A stretch of 64,000 nucleotides of DNA from Clostridia bacterium (GTDB taxonomy: Bacteria > Bacillota > Clostridia > Oscillospirales > CAG-272), in assembly GCA_017411605.1 (NCBI GenBank), contig JAFQPR010000076.1:2328-66327 (forward strand). Reading direction: 5' to 3'. Each line of letters starts with the position of its first letter. The first letter of the stretch is position 1. This document shows, piece after piece, positions 1 through 7,893 of this stretch. Position numbers and translations under genes: made by a program. The notes beneath the pieces are model-generated. The model was not told the origin of the DNA, made no database searches, and saw nothing but the letters and a program-made list of their open reading frames with translations.

Positions 1-1564
1 GGACGGTATATATAAGAGTAATGCTTTTGAATCGCCCTTGGACCTTGAGTATGAGATAATGCGAACGACCTTGAATATGGACGAAAGCTTTGAAATCACT
101 CCTACCTGCTTTGAAGAAGCTATGAATAATTTTTCTTCGGATCTTAATATTATAGGTAAGCATGATGACAGTAATACCATTGCACTTCGCGCATTTGGTT
201 TTGCTGACTTTGAAGAAGTGAAGAAGATGCTTTCCGACAGGCTCGAGTATATAAAAAGCAATATGCTTACAAGGCTTTCGGATCTGTTTAGCCGCAGCTT
301 TTCCAAAGAGCTTCGTGAGAAAGGATTCGAGCGCGAGGATCAGCTTATTCTTTTGAAGGATGAATTTATCGCTGATGCAGGTGTCAGAGAGCATATTGCC
401 GAGAAGCTTAAGGATAAGTACAAGCCATCAGAGGAAGATGCGTATATCTTCGAAGAAATTCCTATTGAGCCCGAGGTCATACCTTCCGTCGAGGAAGAGA
501 GTCTTCCCGAAACGACTAAAGAGGTTGCTCTACCGGAAGAAAAGCAGGAAGAAAATATCGAAGATGAAAAAACTTCTGAAGTTATTTCCGCGGAAGAGTC
601 GTTGGAAGACGCAGAACCTTTTGAAGATGCTTTGGATACAACAGAGTCCGAAACTGCCGAACTAACTGAAACCGAGGTAAAAGCGGAAGTATCCGATGAG
701 GAAAAAGAGCACATATTAAAAGAAATTAAAAACTTCATCAAAGATAACTGGCTTATAGGCTTAAAATTAACAGAATACGGACTTGCAAAAGACCGTACTA
801 TAGAAGGAAAGCAAAAATTCGATGACCTTTGCGCTGAACTTGAAGAAGTTAAAGCATCAAAAGGGAATGACGATCCTGCTGTTATCGAAATTGAAGAAAA
901 GATTAAAGAGTGCAACGACGAAATAACATCAAAGTTTAAAGAAAGCATGATCATTGACATATTGATTCAGTCTATCTTAAATGCCAAAGGTGGACTTTAT
1001 GCTGAACTTTTGGAATCTTCGTTAGAGTTGAAGAAGCTTGTTTATGCGTATAATGGCAAAACGCTTGAAGCTGCTAAAGACGCAGAAGTAATTATCAATG
1101 ACAAGACTGTTCCGTCTGTAAAGGTTGAAGAAACGCTCCCCGATGTAACGACGGATACCGAAAACGTGCCTGCTCCCGAGTCGGAAGATATGCCCGACGA
1201 AAGCGAGAAGTCCTACGGAGAAGAAACTTCTGCTGTTGAAACTGTTCCCGAAGACAATTCTGCTCCCGAAGAGAAGGCTGAACCTGAAGTAAAGATTGTA
1301 AAACGCCTTCGCAAGCCGATAGAATACGTACCCGAATCGGCAATTCTGACATATTGGAAGAGATATTACAGAAAAGAGCTAAATGAGATCTGGGATGAAA
1401 AGAAGGATATTATTTCCGCAGAACTCCTATTGAAGGTCACGGAAAAGATTTCGAAAATTGAAGATGAATACAGACGTATAAAAGAAGAATACGATATCAG
1501 AGAACAGATTTACACCGAGTATGACAATAACTATAGAAGAGTATACAGGAGAACAAGATTATGA
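1..1564 (+). CDS. Highly acidic (E/D-rich) coiled-coil protein of unknown function, probably 5'-partial. First visible gene of the kinase/TerD operon.
   Basis: The listed ORF begins at TTG 38 with no SD upstream. The same frame stays open to nt 2 (DGIYKSNAFESPL...), so the gene likely starts upstream of the window. Two long E/D/S/T/P-rich tracts lie between helical segments, followed by a basic/aromatic C-terminus. The stop overlaps the next start (ATGA at 1561-1564). Confidence 0.6.
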   Translation, partial: DGIYKSNAFESPLDLEYEIMRTTLNMDESFEITPTCFEEAMNNFSSDLNIIGKHDDSNTIALRAFGFADFEEVKKMLSDRLEYIKSNMLTRLSDLFSRSFSKELREKGFEREDQLILLKDEFIADAGVREHIAEKLKDKYKPSEEDAYIFEEIPIEPEVIPSVEEESLPETTKEVALPEEKQEENIEDEKTSEVISAEESLEDAEPFEDALDTTESETAELTETEVKAEVSDEEKEHILKEIKNFIKDNWLIGLKLTEYGLAKDRTIEGKQKFDDLCAELEEVKASKGNDDPAVIEIEEKIKECNDEITSKFKESMIIDILIQSILNAKGGLYAELLESSLELKKLVYAYNGKTLEAAKDAEVIINDKTVPSVKVEETLPDVTTDTENVPAPESEDMPDESEKSYGEETSAVETVPEDNSAPEEKAEPEVKIVKRLRKPIEYVPESAILTYWKRYYRKELNEIWDEKKDIISAELLLKVTEKISKIEDEYRRIKEEYDIREQIYTEYDNNYRRVYRRTRL

Positions 1565-2952
1565 TAATTAACGGATACGAATTGCAAGAGTCCTGGCAGG
1601 GCGCAAATATGAGCGAAACTGCCAAAGCAATAAAAGGTTCTAAAACTTATATTCTTAAAAAATATACCGAAGTTAAGGCACCCGTAATGGATGAGTCGAT
1701 GACCGATAGCTTGTTTGAGAAGCTTATGGCTAAATTCAATAGATTTGTTGAATATAGAAAACGTATTAATCAAGCGCTTTCGTCGGTAGCGGTAAGCGGT
1801 GGAAATATTGTACCGCCCTGCGATTCATTTATCTATGAAAATACGTTTGTTGAAGCAACAGAGTTTATTCCCGGACTTATGCCCGAGGATGCGGCTTATA
1901 GCTTTACAACGGATGAGCTGGTAATGGTTATGAAGACCGTCGTAGCAGCGCTCATCAGTGTTCATTCTCAAAAGATCGTCCATAGTGACCTTAAAGAAGG
2001 CAATTTGGCAGTTACTCAGAATTCTGCGGGAGTCAAGGTAGGAAAGCTTATCGACTTTGACAGAGCATATTTTGAGGATGATATTATTACCGAATATGTT
2101 GGCGGAACTCAGAATTACATGGCGCCTGAGCTCGTGTATTTATATATAAACGAGATGGCACCCGAAGCGGCGGAATATTTATCTTGCAAGGCGGATGTTT
2201 TTTCTCTTGGAATATTATTTCATAAATATCTCACGGGTGGACAATATCCCGAAATTTCGGATATTCCCGAAGGACCTCTTCAAAAAAGAATTGAAAGAGG
2301 AGAGGTTATATACTGCGGAGAAGCCTCTCTTATGGAAGCAAAGCTTCACGTAAGTGAAAAAATAAAAGAGAAGTATCTCAGTCATATTATCGCTAATATG
2401 ATTATTCAGGATCCCGAGCAGCGTATATCGTTAACCGAAGTACTCGATGCTCTTAAGAATAAAACCGTGCTCCCGTTTACAGCTTGCGAAAGCGTTGTTA
2501 TTGACGGAGAGGATGTAGGCTTTGCAGATCCCTGGCCGGAACATAATATAGAGCTTGACCTTGCCACGCTCGAGAGCAGGGATTATATTTCTCTTGAGCG
2601 CATACTCCATAATGGCGATCAGTGCTACAGACTTTATAAGAGATCAGGAACAAAGAGAATACTGACTCTTCAGAATATGCTCATTTTAGATCTGGCTAAG
2701 AAAAAGGGCGGAGAAGAGACTCCGCGTTATTCGGTGCGTCCTGTAAATATTGAGCTTGGCGAGGCATCAGTGTGGGAAGAGCACTCTGATTACGATTTTG
2801 ATTATGAGGCTATTTCTGCTGTAGGATATATCGAAGCGAGAAAAGCTGTTAAAAGCTCGATCAGAGGCTATGCTCTTATAAGAAGTAATGGTACACCGAA
2901 GTTCTTTGTATTTGAGAATATGAAGGTACTAGGTTATTTGAAGCTTAAATAA
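1561..2952 (+). CDS. Hanks-type (eukaryotic-like) Ser/Thr protein kinase with two copies of an uncharacterised C-terminal module of about 60 aa
   Basis: By-eye kinase motifs: YILKK (beta3 Lys), HSDLKEGN catalytic loop (nt 1981-2004), DFD (DFG-like), YMAPE (APE), DVFSLG (subdomain IX), DPEQR (subdomain XI). GGAG lies 10 nt upstream. ATGA overlap with the upstream gene. Confidence 0.85.
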   Translation: MIINGYELQESWQGANMSETAKAIKGSKTYILKKYTEVKAPVMDESMTDSLFEKLMAKFNRFVEYRKRINQALSSVAVSGGNIVPPCDSFIYENTFVEATEFIPGLMPEDAAYSFTTDELVMVMKTVVAALISVHSQKIVHSDLKEGNLAVTQNSAGVKVGKLIDFDRAYFEDDIITEYVGGTQNYMAPELVYLYINEMAPEAAEYLSCKADVFSLGILFHKYLTGGQYPEISDIPEGPLQKRIERGEVIYCGEASLMEAKLHVSEKIKEKYLSHIIANMIIQDPEQRISLTEVLDALKNKTVLPFTACESVVIDGEDVGFADPWPEHNIELDLATLESRDYISLERILHNGDQCYRLYKRSGTKRILTLQNMLILDLAKKKGGEETPRYSVRPVNIELGEASVWEEHSDYDFDYEAISAVGYIEARKAVKSSIRGYALIRSNGTPKFFVFENMKVLGYLKLK

Positions 2953-3050
2953 TCTCATCGTTCTGAGATAAAAACGTATCTGCGACCGAACGTCGGCTTT
3001 ACATAAAGATCAAAGGTTGCAGACAAAAATACGGTCGTAAAGAGGATTAT

Positions 3051-4562
3051 ATGAGTAGTATTAATGGTTATGAATTGATCTCGGATTGGAAAAAAACAGA
3101 TTTTTTCTTTGAAGCAAAAGCTAAAGAGGGAGATAAGAAATATTATATAAGAAAGTATACGCAAGACCAAAAAGATGCTAGCGGTACCGATATATGGGAG
3201 AGCCGATATTTATTTGACAAATTTTGTGATAGCCGCAGACGAATACTTGTCATTCTCAGAGAGCATAAAGAGGAAATGGCAGTACCCTCCAGATACTTTA
3301 TGCATAACGGGGACTATTACGAGGTTACAGAAAAAAAGTACGGTTTAGGCGATATAGATGATATCTATAACATGGATGAAGAGCGTATGCACGCCTTTTT
3401 CCTAAGCACATCAAGGAAAATTGATGCGCTTCACGGCAAGCGCGTTGTAATAAATCTCTGTAAAAAGAGTATTGTACCGAGAGAAGTCTTTGACGGAGAA
3501 ACGCGTTCTTTCCTACTGGGTCTTGAATATGCGAGCTTTGAAAGTGATTTTGATTATAGGCGTGTAGTTGATAGACTTGGTAAATATGTTTCTCCCGAGA
3601 TAGTATCGAGAGCACTTGATACTTCGAGCGGTATACTTTCAGAAAGAGTTACCTCTAAATCGGACGTGTTCGTTTTAGGGCTTATTCTTCATGATTACTT
3701 TACAGGCGGTGATATGCCGGAGATAATCTGGGCTAAGACAAAACCCGATGAAGAGCACTTTTCAGGCACTTGCGGTGGTGCGTTATATTATGGCGCATGC
3801 CTCAGTATAAGCAGTAAGATCAAGCAAAAATATTTGAGTCACCTGATAGCGAATATGCTTGATCCGAATGCTTCGCAAAGATTAAGCGCAAGGGACGTGA
3901 TTGATATACTTAAAAGTAAGAGAATCGTCACGATAAGAAGCGACCGAATTTTTATCAGCGAGCGCAGCGGATATTCATCAAGCGATTCCGAAAAAAGCGA
4001 AACTGCAAAACCCGTAAAAAAGATCGAAAAAGAGCCCGCAAAGGAGTCCGCTGAAGCATTCTGCGAGCCGTGGGAGAATGATGACATCGAGTTCTGTATT
4101 GATGTTTTGAAATCCAGAAAGTATTATAAGGTTGAACGCTTCATAAATGGCGGAGTGGAAATGTATAAGCTGTTTATCGAAGGAAAAAGCATGCCTAAAA
4201 TAATTACGGCAGTTAATATGAAAAACATAGGTCTGGCAAAGCCCAAAGCTGAAACGCTTCCCGAAGAAAAGGTAGCGGAAGCTGATGCGTCAACTGAAGA
4301 TTTGCCTGAAGAAAAAGCGGATGCAGAAGACCGTATAGCGGATAGCGATAAGGATAAAAAGAAGGTCGATATCCCCGATGTATGGGAAGAACACAGCGGG
4401 TACGTTTTCGATATGACCGAAATATTTGAAGCGAGATATGTAAAGGTCATACCCGAATGCAAATATGACATAAAGGGTTATACCTTGATCACTAACGAAG
4501 AACGAGCGCGTTTCTTTAGCTTTGAAATTATGCTATTTATGGGTTATATGAAACTGAAATAG
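3051..4562 (+). CDS. Paralogous kinase-fold protein predicted to be a pseudokinase, with the same two C-terminal modules
   Basis: Collinear with the 1561-2952 product (INGYEL N-terminus, K[EQ]KYLSH[IL]IANM, SDVFVLG, SPE). The catalytic loop is VINLCKKSI (HxD and Asn lost), DFD is replaced by LEY, and the beta3 Lys position is Arg. AGAGGA SD upstream. Confidence 0.8.
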   Translation: MSSINGYELISDWKKTDFFFEAKAKEGDKKYYIRKYTQDQKDASGTDIWESRYLFDKFCDSRRRILVILREHKEEMAVPSRYFMHNGDYYEVTEKKYGLGDIDDIYNMDEERMHAFFLSTSRKIDALHGKRVVINLCKKSIVPREVFDGETRSFLLGLEYASFESDFDYRRVVDRLGKYVSPEIVSRALDTSSGILSERVTSKSDVFVLGLILHDYFTGGDMPEIIWAKTKPDEEHFSGTCGGALYYGACLSISSKIKQKYLSHLIANMLDPNASQRLSARDVIDILKSKRIVTIRSDRIFISERSGYSSSDSEKSETAKPVKKIEKEPAKESAEAFCEPWENDDIEFCIDVLKSRKYYKVERFINGGVEMYKLFIEGKSMPKIITAVNMKNIGLAKPKAETLPEEKVAEADASTEDLPEEKADAEDRIADSDKDKKKVDIPDVWEEHSGYVFDMTEIFEARYVKVIPECKYDIKGYTLITNEERARFFSFEIMLFMGYMKLK

Positions 4563-4598
4563 TTTTAATAAAAAAATAAAAATTGGGAGAATTATCAA

Positions 4599-5801
4599 AT
4601 GGCATGGGTATGCAGATTCTGTTCGACATCGAATGCTGATACTGATACAAAATGCATGGTATGTGATACAGCTAAGCCGAGTGGAGGACGCTGTACACTT
4701 ACAAAAAAGAGAGTTGCTGATCTCGGATTGAAAGGGAATATAACCATTCCCGTGGAATTTAATGCTATCGGAGAAGGTGCATTCAAGGATAGGTCTGATA
4801 TCACGGGACTTTGTATCCACACGGGGATTGAAGTAATTGAAAAAGAAGCTTTTATGAATTGCAAGAATCTTGCGAGCGTAATTTGCGTGCATAAATTGGA
4901 ATCCATAAAAGGGAAAGCGTTTTACGGATGCTCGTCGCTCCCCGCCGATAAAAGACCTTTGGCAAAAAGAGTTGCGGATGATGCGTTTTCGTTGCCCGAG
5001 CCATCTGACGATACGGACTTTTTTGAACCAATTCCAAGACCGAGCCACACCCCCGTGTCAACTTCTGCCTTACCTCCCATAGGAAAATCCTCATATACTC
5101 CTACGCCAACACCGATAATACCCCCGAAAAGTACGGTCACCGAGCCCACCATTGGTACGGTCATACCTCCATCGGGAAGAGCTACACCCACTCCCGTGTC
5201 AACTACGTACGTCCCTCCCTCGCGAATAACTCCAATAATTGATAGAGGTTCAACCGGAACGTCGAGGAGCAGAACTCATTCCGATACCGCCTCGACAAAG
5301 AAAGGCTTTTTCAAAACGGCATTCAAAGCAATTGCTAATACTTGCTCTAAGCTGCTTGAGTGGATGAGATCTCTCGGTGGCGGGCTTTTTACACTAACGC
5401 TTATCACACTTATTCTTATACTGTTAATACCTGTTCTTGGAGTGCTTGCGGCAGTACTCGATTTGTCGATTTTCAATAAGATACTAGCTTCGGTAATTGC
5501 ATTGTATTTAGGTGGATTACTTACAAGTCTGCAGTATCATATTGATGATATGACTACGTATTATTCTTACTATATAATGCCGATAATAAACGGATTACTC
5601 ACAATTCTTAATGCTGTATTTTTCTTTGTTTTCGGAAGTTGGTACTTACCGTTCGTTATAATGGTAGGAGCATCATTGATAATCAGCACGGCATTTACGG
5701 TATATGCCGCATATGATGATGACGAAACCGCGTGGTGCGTTGTTTCGCTGATTATAGCAATTCTTAACATTGCAATGATTGTTTGGGCTATTGTTCATTG
5801 A
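4599..5801 (+). CDS. Membrane protein with an N-terminal RanBP2-type zinc finger, BspA-type leucine-rich repeats, a Pro/Thr/Ser-rich linker and about 5 C-terminal TM helices
   Basis: Residues 3-22 (WVCRFCSTSNADTDTKCMVC) fit W-x-C-x2-C-x3-N-x6-C-x2-C exactly. IGEGAFKD.../IEKEAFMNCKNL/IKGKAFYGCSSL resemble LRR_5 repeats. A PT-rich tract follows, then five hydrophobic segments. GGGAG SD upstream. Confidence 0.8.
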   Translation: MAWVCRFCSTSNADTDTKCMVCDTAKPSGGRCTLTKKRVADLGLKGNITIPVEFNAIGEGAFKDRSDITGLCIHTGIEVIEKEAFMNCKNLASVICVHKLESIKGKAFYGCSSLPADKRPLAKRVADDAFSLPEPSDDTDFFEPIPRPSHTPVSTSALPPIGKSSYTPTPTPIIPPKSTVTEPTIGTVIPPSGRATPTPVSTTYVPPSRITPIIDRGSTGTSRSRTHSDTASTKKGFFKTAFKAIANTCSKLLEWMRSLGGGLFTLTLITLILILLIPVLGVLAAVLDLSIFNKILASVIALYLGGLLTSLQYHIDDMTTYYSYYIMPIINGLLTILNAVFFFVFGSWYLPFVIMVGASLIISTAFTVYAAYDDDETAWCVVSLIIAILNIAMIVWAIVH

Positions 5802-5893
5802 ATTGTTTTTCGAAAAAAGATAAACGGATCTAAACGACTTAGGAGGTGTGCAATTTAGCACGGATAGTTATTTATCCGTGCGTTGCTTCGATT

Positions 5894-6934
5894 ATGATAT
5901 CTCGTGATTACGCAAAGTCTGCCGTTTTGGCAGGTCTTATGGCAAAATCTGCTGAAATCAAAATAGATTACTCCGACCCAATGGGGATCATAAAAGAGGT
6001 TCTAGATGAAAATCCAACTCTTTTAGTTTATATCGGGGGTTATTCCGCCTCGGGGCATTCGTTGCTTGGCGGATATACAATAAAGATCAAGTATAAAAAT
6101 ATTGATATTCCAAAAATACGTATATTTTACGCAAAAAACGCTGAAGATGTAAATGATTTTTTACATATTGCTATGGAAAAATATATGCCCGATATAGCAA
6201 TAGTATCTGATAAGTCGCTTGATGTCGTAGCATTAGTATCTGATTTTTGGAGCTATTACGACGGATTCTACTCAAACTGTATGTCATATAGCTCGTGTAC
6301 ATCTTCCTTTAAGGACAATAAATTCCATCAGTCGGTATTTAGCTTTAAATACCGAATAGGTAGAGTTTTACTCAATATAATGGAGAGCGCCGTTGACCGA
6401 GAGGTCGAACGACTTCGCGGCATTTTGTTTTGCAAAGGAATGCCCGATCTGGTTAAGGCATATGTAGCTCATAATTATCTTGCGTCTACGATAGAGTATT
6501 GGTATCATGAGGACGCTACCACGTTGGAAGCTAGCCATATGCAAAGCGCATACGGAGGGCTTATTGATCATAAATGCATCTGTCAAGGATATGCAGAGGC
6601 ATATAAAAGGCTCCTTGATACCGAAGGCATTTTTTGCGACGTTATATGTGGAAAAATAAAAGGATCGCAGGAATATCATGCCTGGAATATAGTCAGGCTT
6701 GACGGAGAGAATTACCATGTTGACGTAACGTGGGATTCAAAATCCCGAGGTAAATTCGATTTTGAGTACTTCTGCCTTTCGGATAACTCGATAAAATCGA
6801 AACGGTATTGGACGAGGCGAATGAATCTCGTTTGCCTGTCTGAGCGTGATATTGCCGAAGCTGCGCGGGCAGATATCAGAAGAAATAAAACGAGATACAT
6901 CTCGTATGGCGTAGATAAAAATTATCTTGTTTGA
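5894..6934 (+). CDS. Transglutaminase-like (papain-fold Cys-His-Asp) protein, cytoplasmic
   Basis: Core motifs CQGYAEAY ... EYHAWNIV ... HVDVTWD match the transglutaminase-core catalytic triad arrangement. No signal peptide. The start is ambiguous: the ORF opens at GTG 5846, which is part of the AGGAGG, so I prefer ATG 5894. Confidence 0.75.
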   Translation: MISRDYAKSAVLAGLMAKSAEIKIDYSDPMGIIKEVLDENPTLLVYIGGYSASGHSLLGGYTIKIKYKNIDIPKIRIFYAKNAEDVNDFLHIAMEKYMPDIAIVSDKSLDVVALVSDFWSYYDGFYSNCMSYSSCTSSFKDNKFHQSVFSFKYRIGRVLLNIMESAVDREVERLRGILFCKGMPDLVKAYVAHNYLASTIEYWYHEDATTLEASHMQSAYGGLIDHKCICQGYAEAYKRLLDTEGIFCDVICGKIKGSQEYHAWNIVRLDGENYHVDVTWDSKSRGKFDFEYFCLSDNSIKSKRYWTRRMNLVCLSERDIAEAARADIRRNKTRYISYGVDKNYLV

Positions 6935-6947
6935 TTGGAGAATTATT

Positions 6948-7856
6948 ATGAGTGACACTAAAATGGTAAAAGCGCGTTGCCGTGCTACTAACAAATATTT
7001 TGGACTCGAAGTAAAGCAGGTTGGCAGAGAATACAAGGTGGTAGATTTCATACCTCTTTCCACCGAGGAAAGCGCACTGCTTTGCAGTGAGGTTAAGCAG
7101 AGCTCGTTCTATACAAATGATAATCTTATTCCGTGCCAAAAGTGCGGCTCAAGGAAGATCGGCGGATGCGCTCATATAAAGGATTCAAAAAGCTGCAGTG
7201 TTCCGTATAATTTTCAGTGCGCCTATTGCAGTCAGCTTCAAATAGATTACAGTGTACCGAAGAGAGTAGCGGGAAGGCGCGACGGCGAGCTTATAACACT
7301 TACTCAGGGACAGGTTGTAAAAATAAGCTTTGCAAACGATGAGCCTCTTACCGAGCTCTACGTTCATCTGGGATGGGATCCCGCTGTTCAAGGCGAGAAC
7401 ATTGACGTAGATAGCTCTGTTGTTGTAAAAGGCAGCTCGGGATACGAGCTTGTATATTTTGTTGAAAAGGAGCATCCGTCGGGATGCGTTGTGCACCACG
7501 GAGATAATCTGACAGGTGTTGACAGAGGCGGAAATCTAGACGATGAAAACATTTCTATCTATCTTGACGAGGTGCCGAAAAACCGTGACGAGATTTATTT
7601 TGTGCTGAACATTTATAAATGCTCGGAAAGGTGCCAGAAGTTTGGGCAGATACAGAATATGTACATAAGAATCTCCGATATAAAAACAAGAAAACCGCTT
7701 ATCGAGTATAAGATGGATAGAAATTATGGAAATTATACCGCTCTTATTATCGGAAGAGCCTTCAGAACGGGTAATGAATGGAGCTTTGAGGCGATAGGCA
7801 AAGGCTCTTATGCAAAAGATATCTATCAATTGGTAGGTGAGATTAAAAATCAGTAA
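6948..7856 (+). CDS. TerD-domain protein with an N-terminal Cys-rich (zinc-ribbon-like) extension
   Basis: C-terminal half: LTQGQ...LGWD...IDVDSS...GDNLTG...DDENI..., typical of the TerD Ca-binding family. The N-terminal ~100 aa carry CQKC...C...CAYC. GGAG lies 7 nt before ATG 6948. The track ORF opens at TTG 6927. Confidence 0.85.
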   Translation: MSDTKMVKARCRATNKYFGLEVKQVGREYKVVDFIPLSTEESALLCSEVKQSSFYTNDNLIPCQKCGSRKIGGCAHIKDSKSCSVPYNFQCAYCSQLQIDYSVPKRVAGRRDGELITLTQGQVVKISFANDEPLTELYVHLGWDPAVQGENIDVDSSVVVKGSSGYELVYFVEKEHPSGCVVHHGDNLTGVDRGGNLDDENISIYLDEVPKNRDEIYFVLNIYKCSERCQKFGQIQNMYIRISDIKTRKPLIEYKMDRNYGNYTALIIGRAFRTGNEWSFEAIGKGSYAKDIYQLVGEIKNQ

Positions 7857-7893
7857 TTCAAAGCTTATTTTAATTTGAATTCGGCTGAAAATC

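Noticed and set aside
340-960. 206-aa Ser-rich ORF antisense to the acidic protein gene
   Set aside because: It is the mirror image of GAA/GAT-rich coding sequence, which gives TTC/ATC and so Ser/Phe/Ile. It has no start context. The plus-strand frame is the one coupled to the kinase gene.
2953-3050. Hairpin ATCTCA-tcgttc-TGAGAT between the kinase genes, considered as an internal terminator
   Set aside because: The stem is only 6 bp and is followed by an A-run rather than a U-tract. It is more likely incidental, so I treat the genes as one operon.
4533-5048. 171-aa minus-strand ORF spanning the pseudokinase/ZnF-LRR junction
   Set aside because: It overlaps two well-supported plus-strand genes and their SD region. 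I see no motif or independent signal.
5040-5260. Possible tandem repeat or contingency locus in the Pro/Thr-rich linker
   Set aside because: Only one 12-nt segment (CCCGTGTCAACT, encoding PVST) recurs, about 140 bp apart. There is no regular period at the DNA level. It is a compositionally biased linker, not a repeat array.
5846-5893. GTG 5846 as the start of the transglutaminase-like gene
   Set aside because: The GTG is fused to the AGGAGG, giving zero spacing. The extra 16 residues would be encoded partly by a perfect hairpin. I kept ATG 5894 but flagged the ambiguity.
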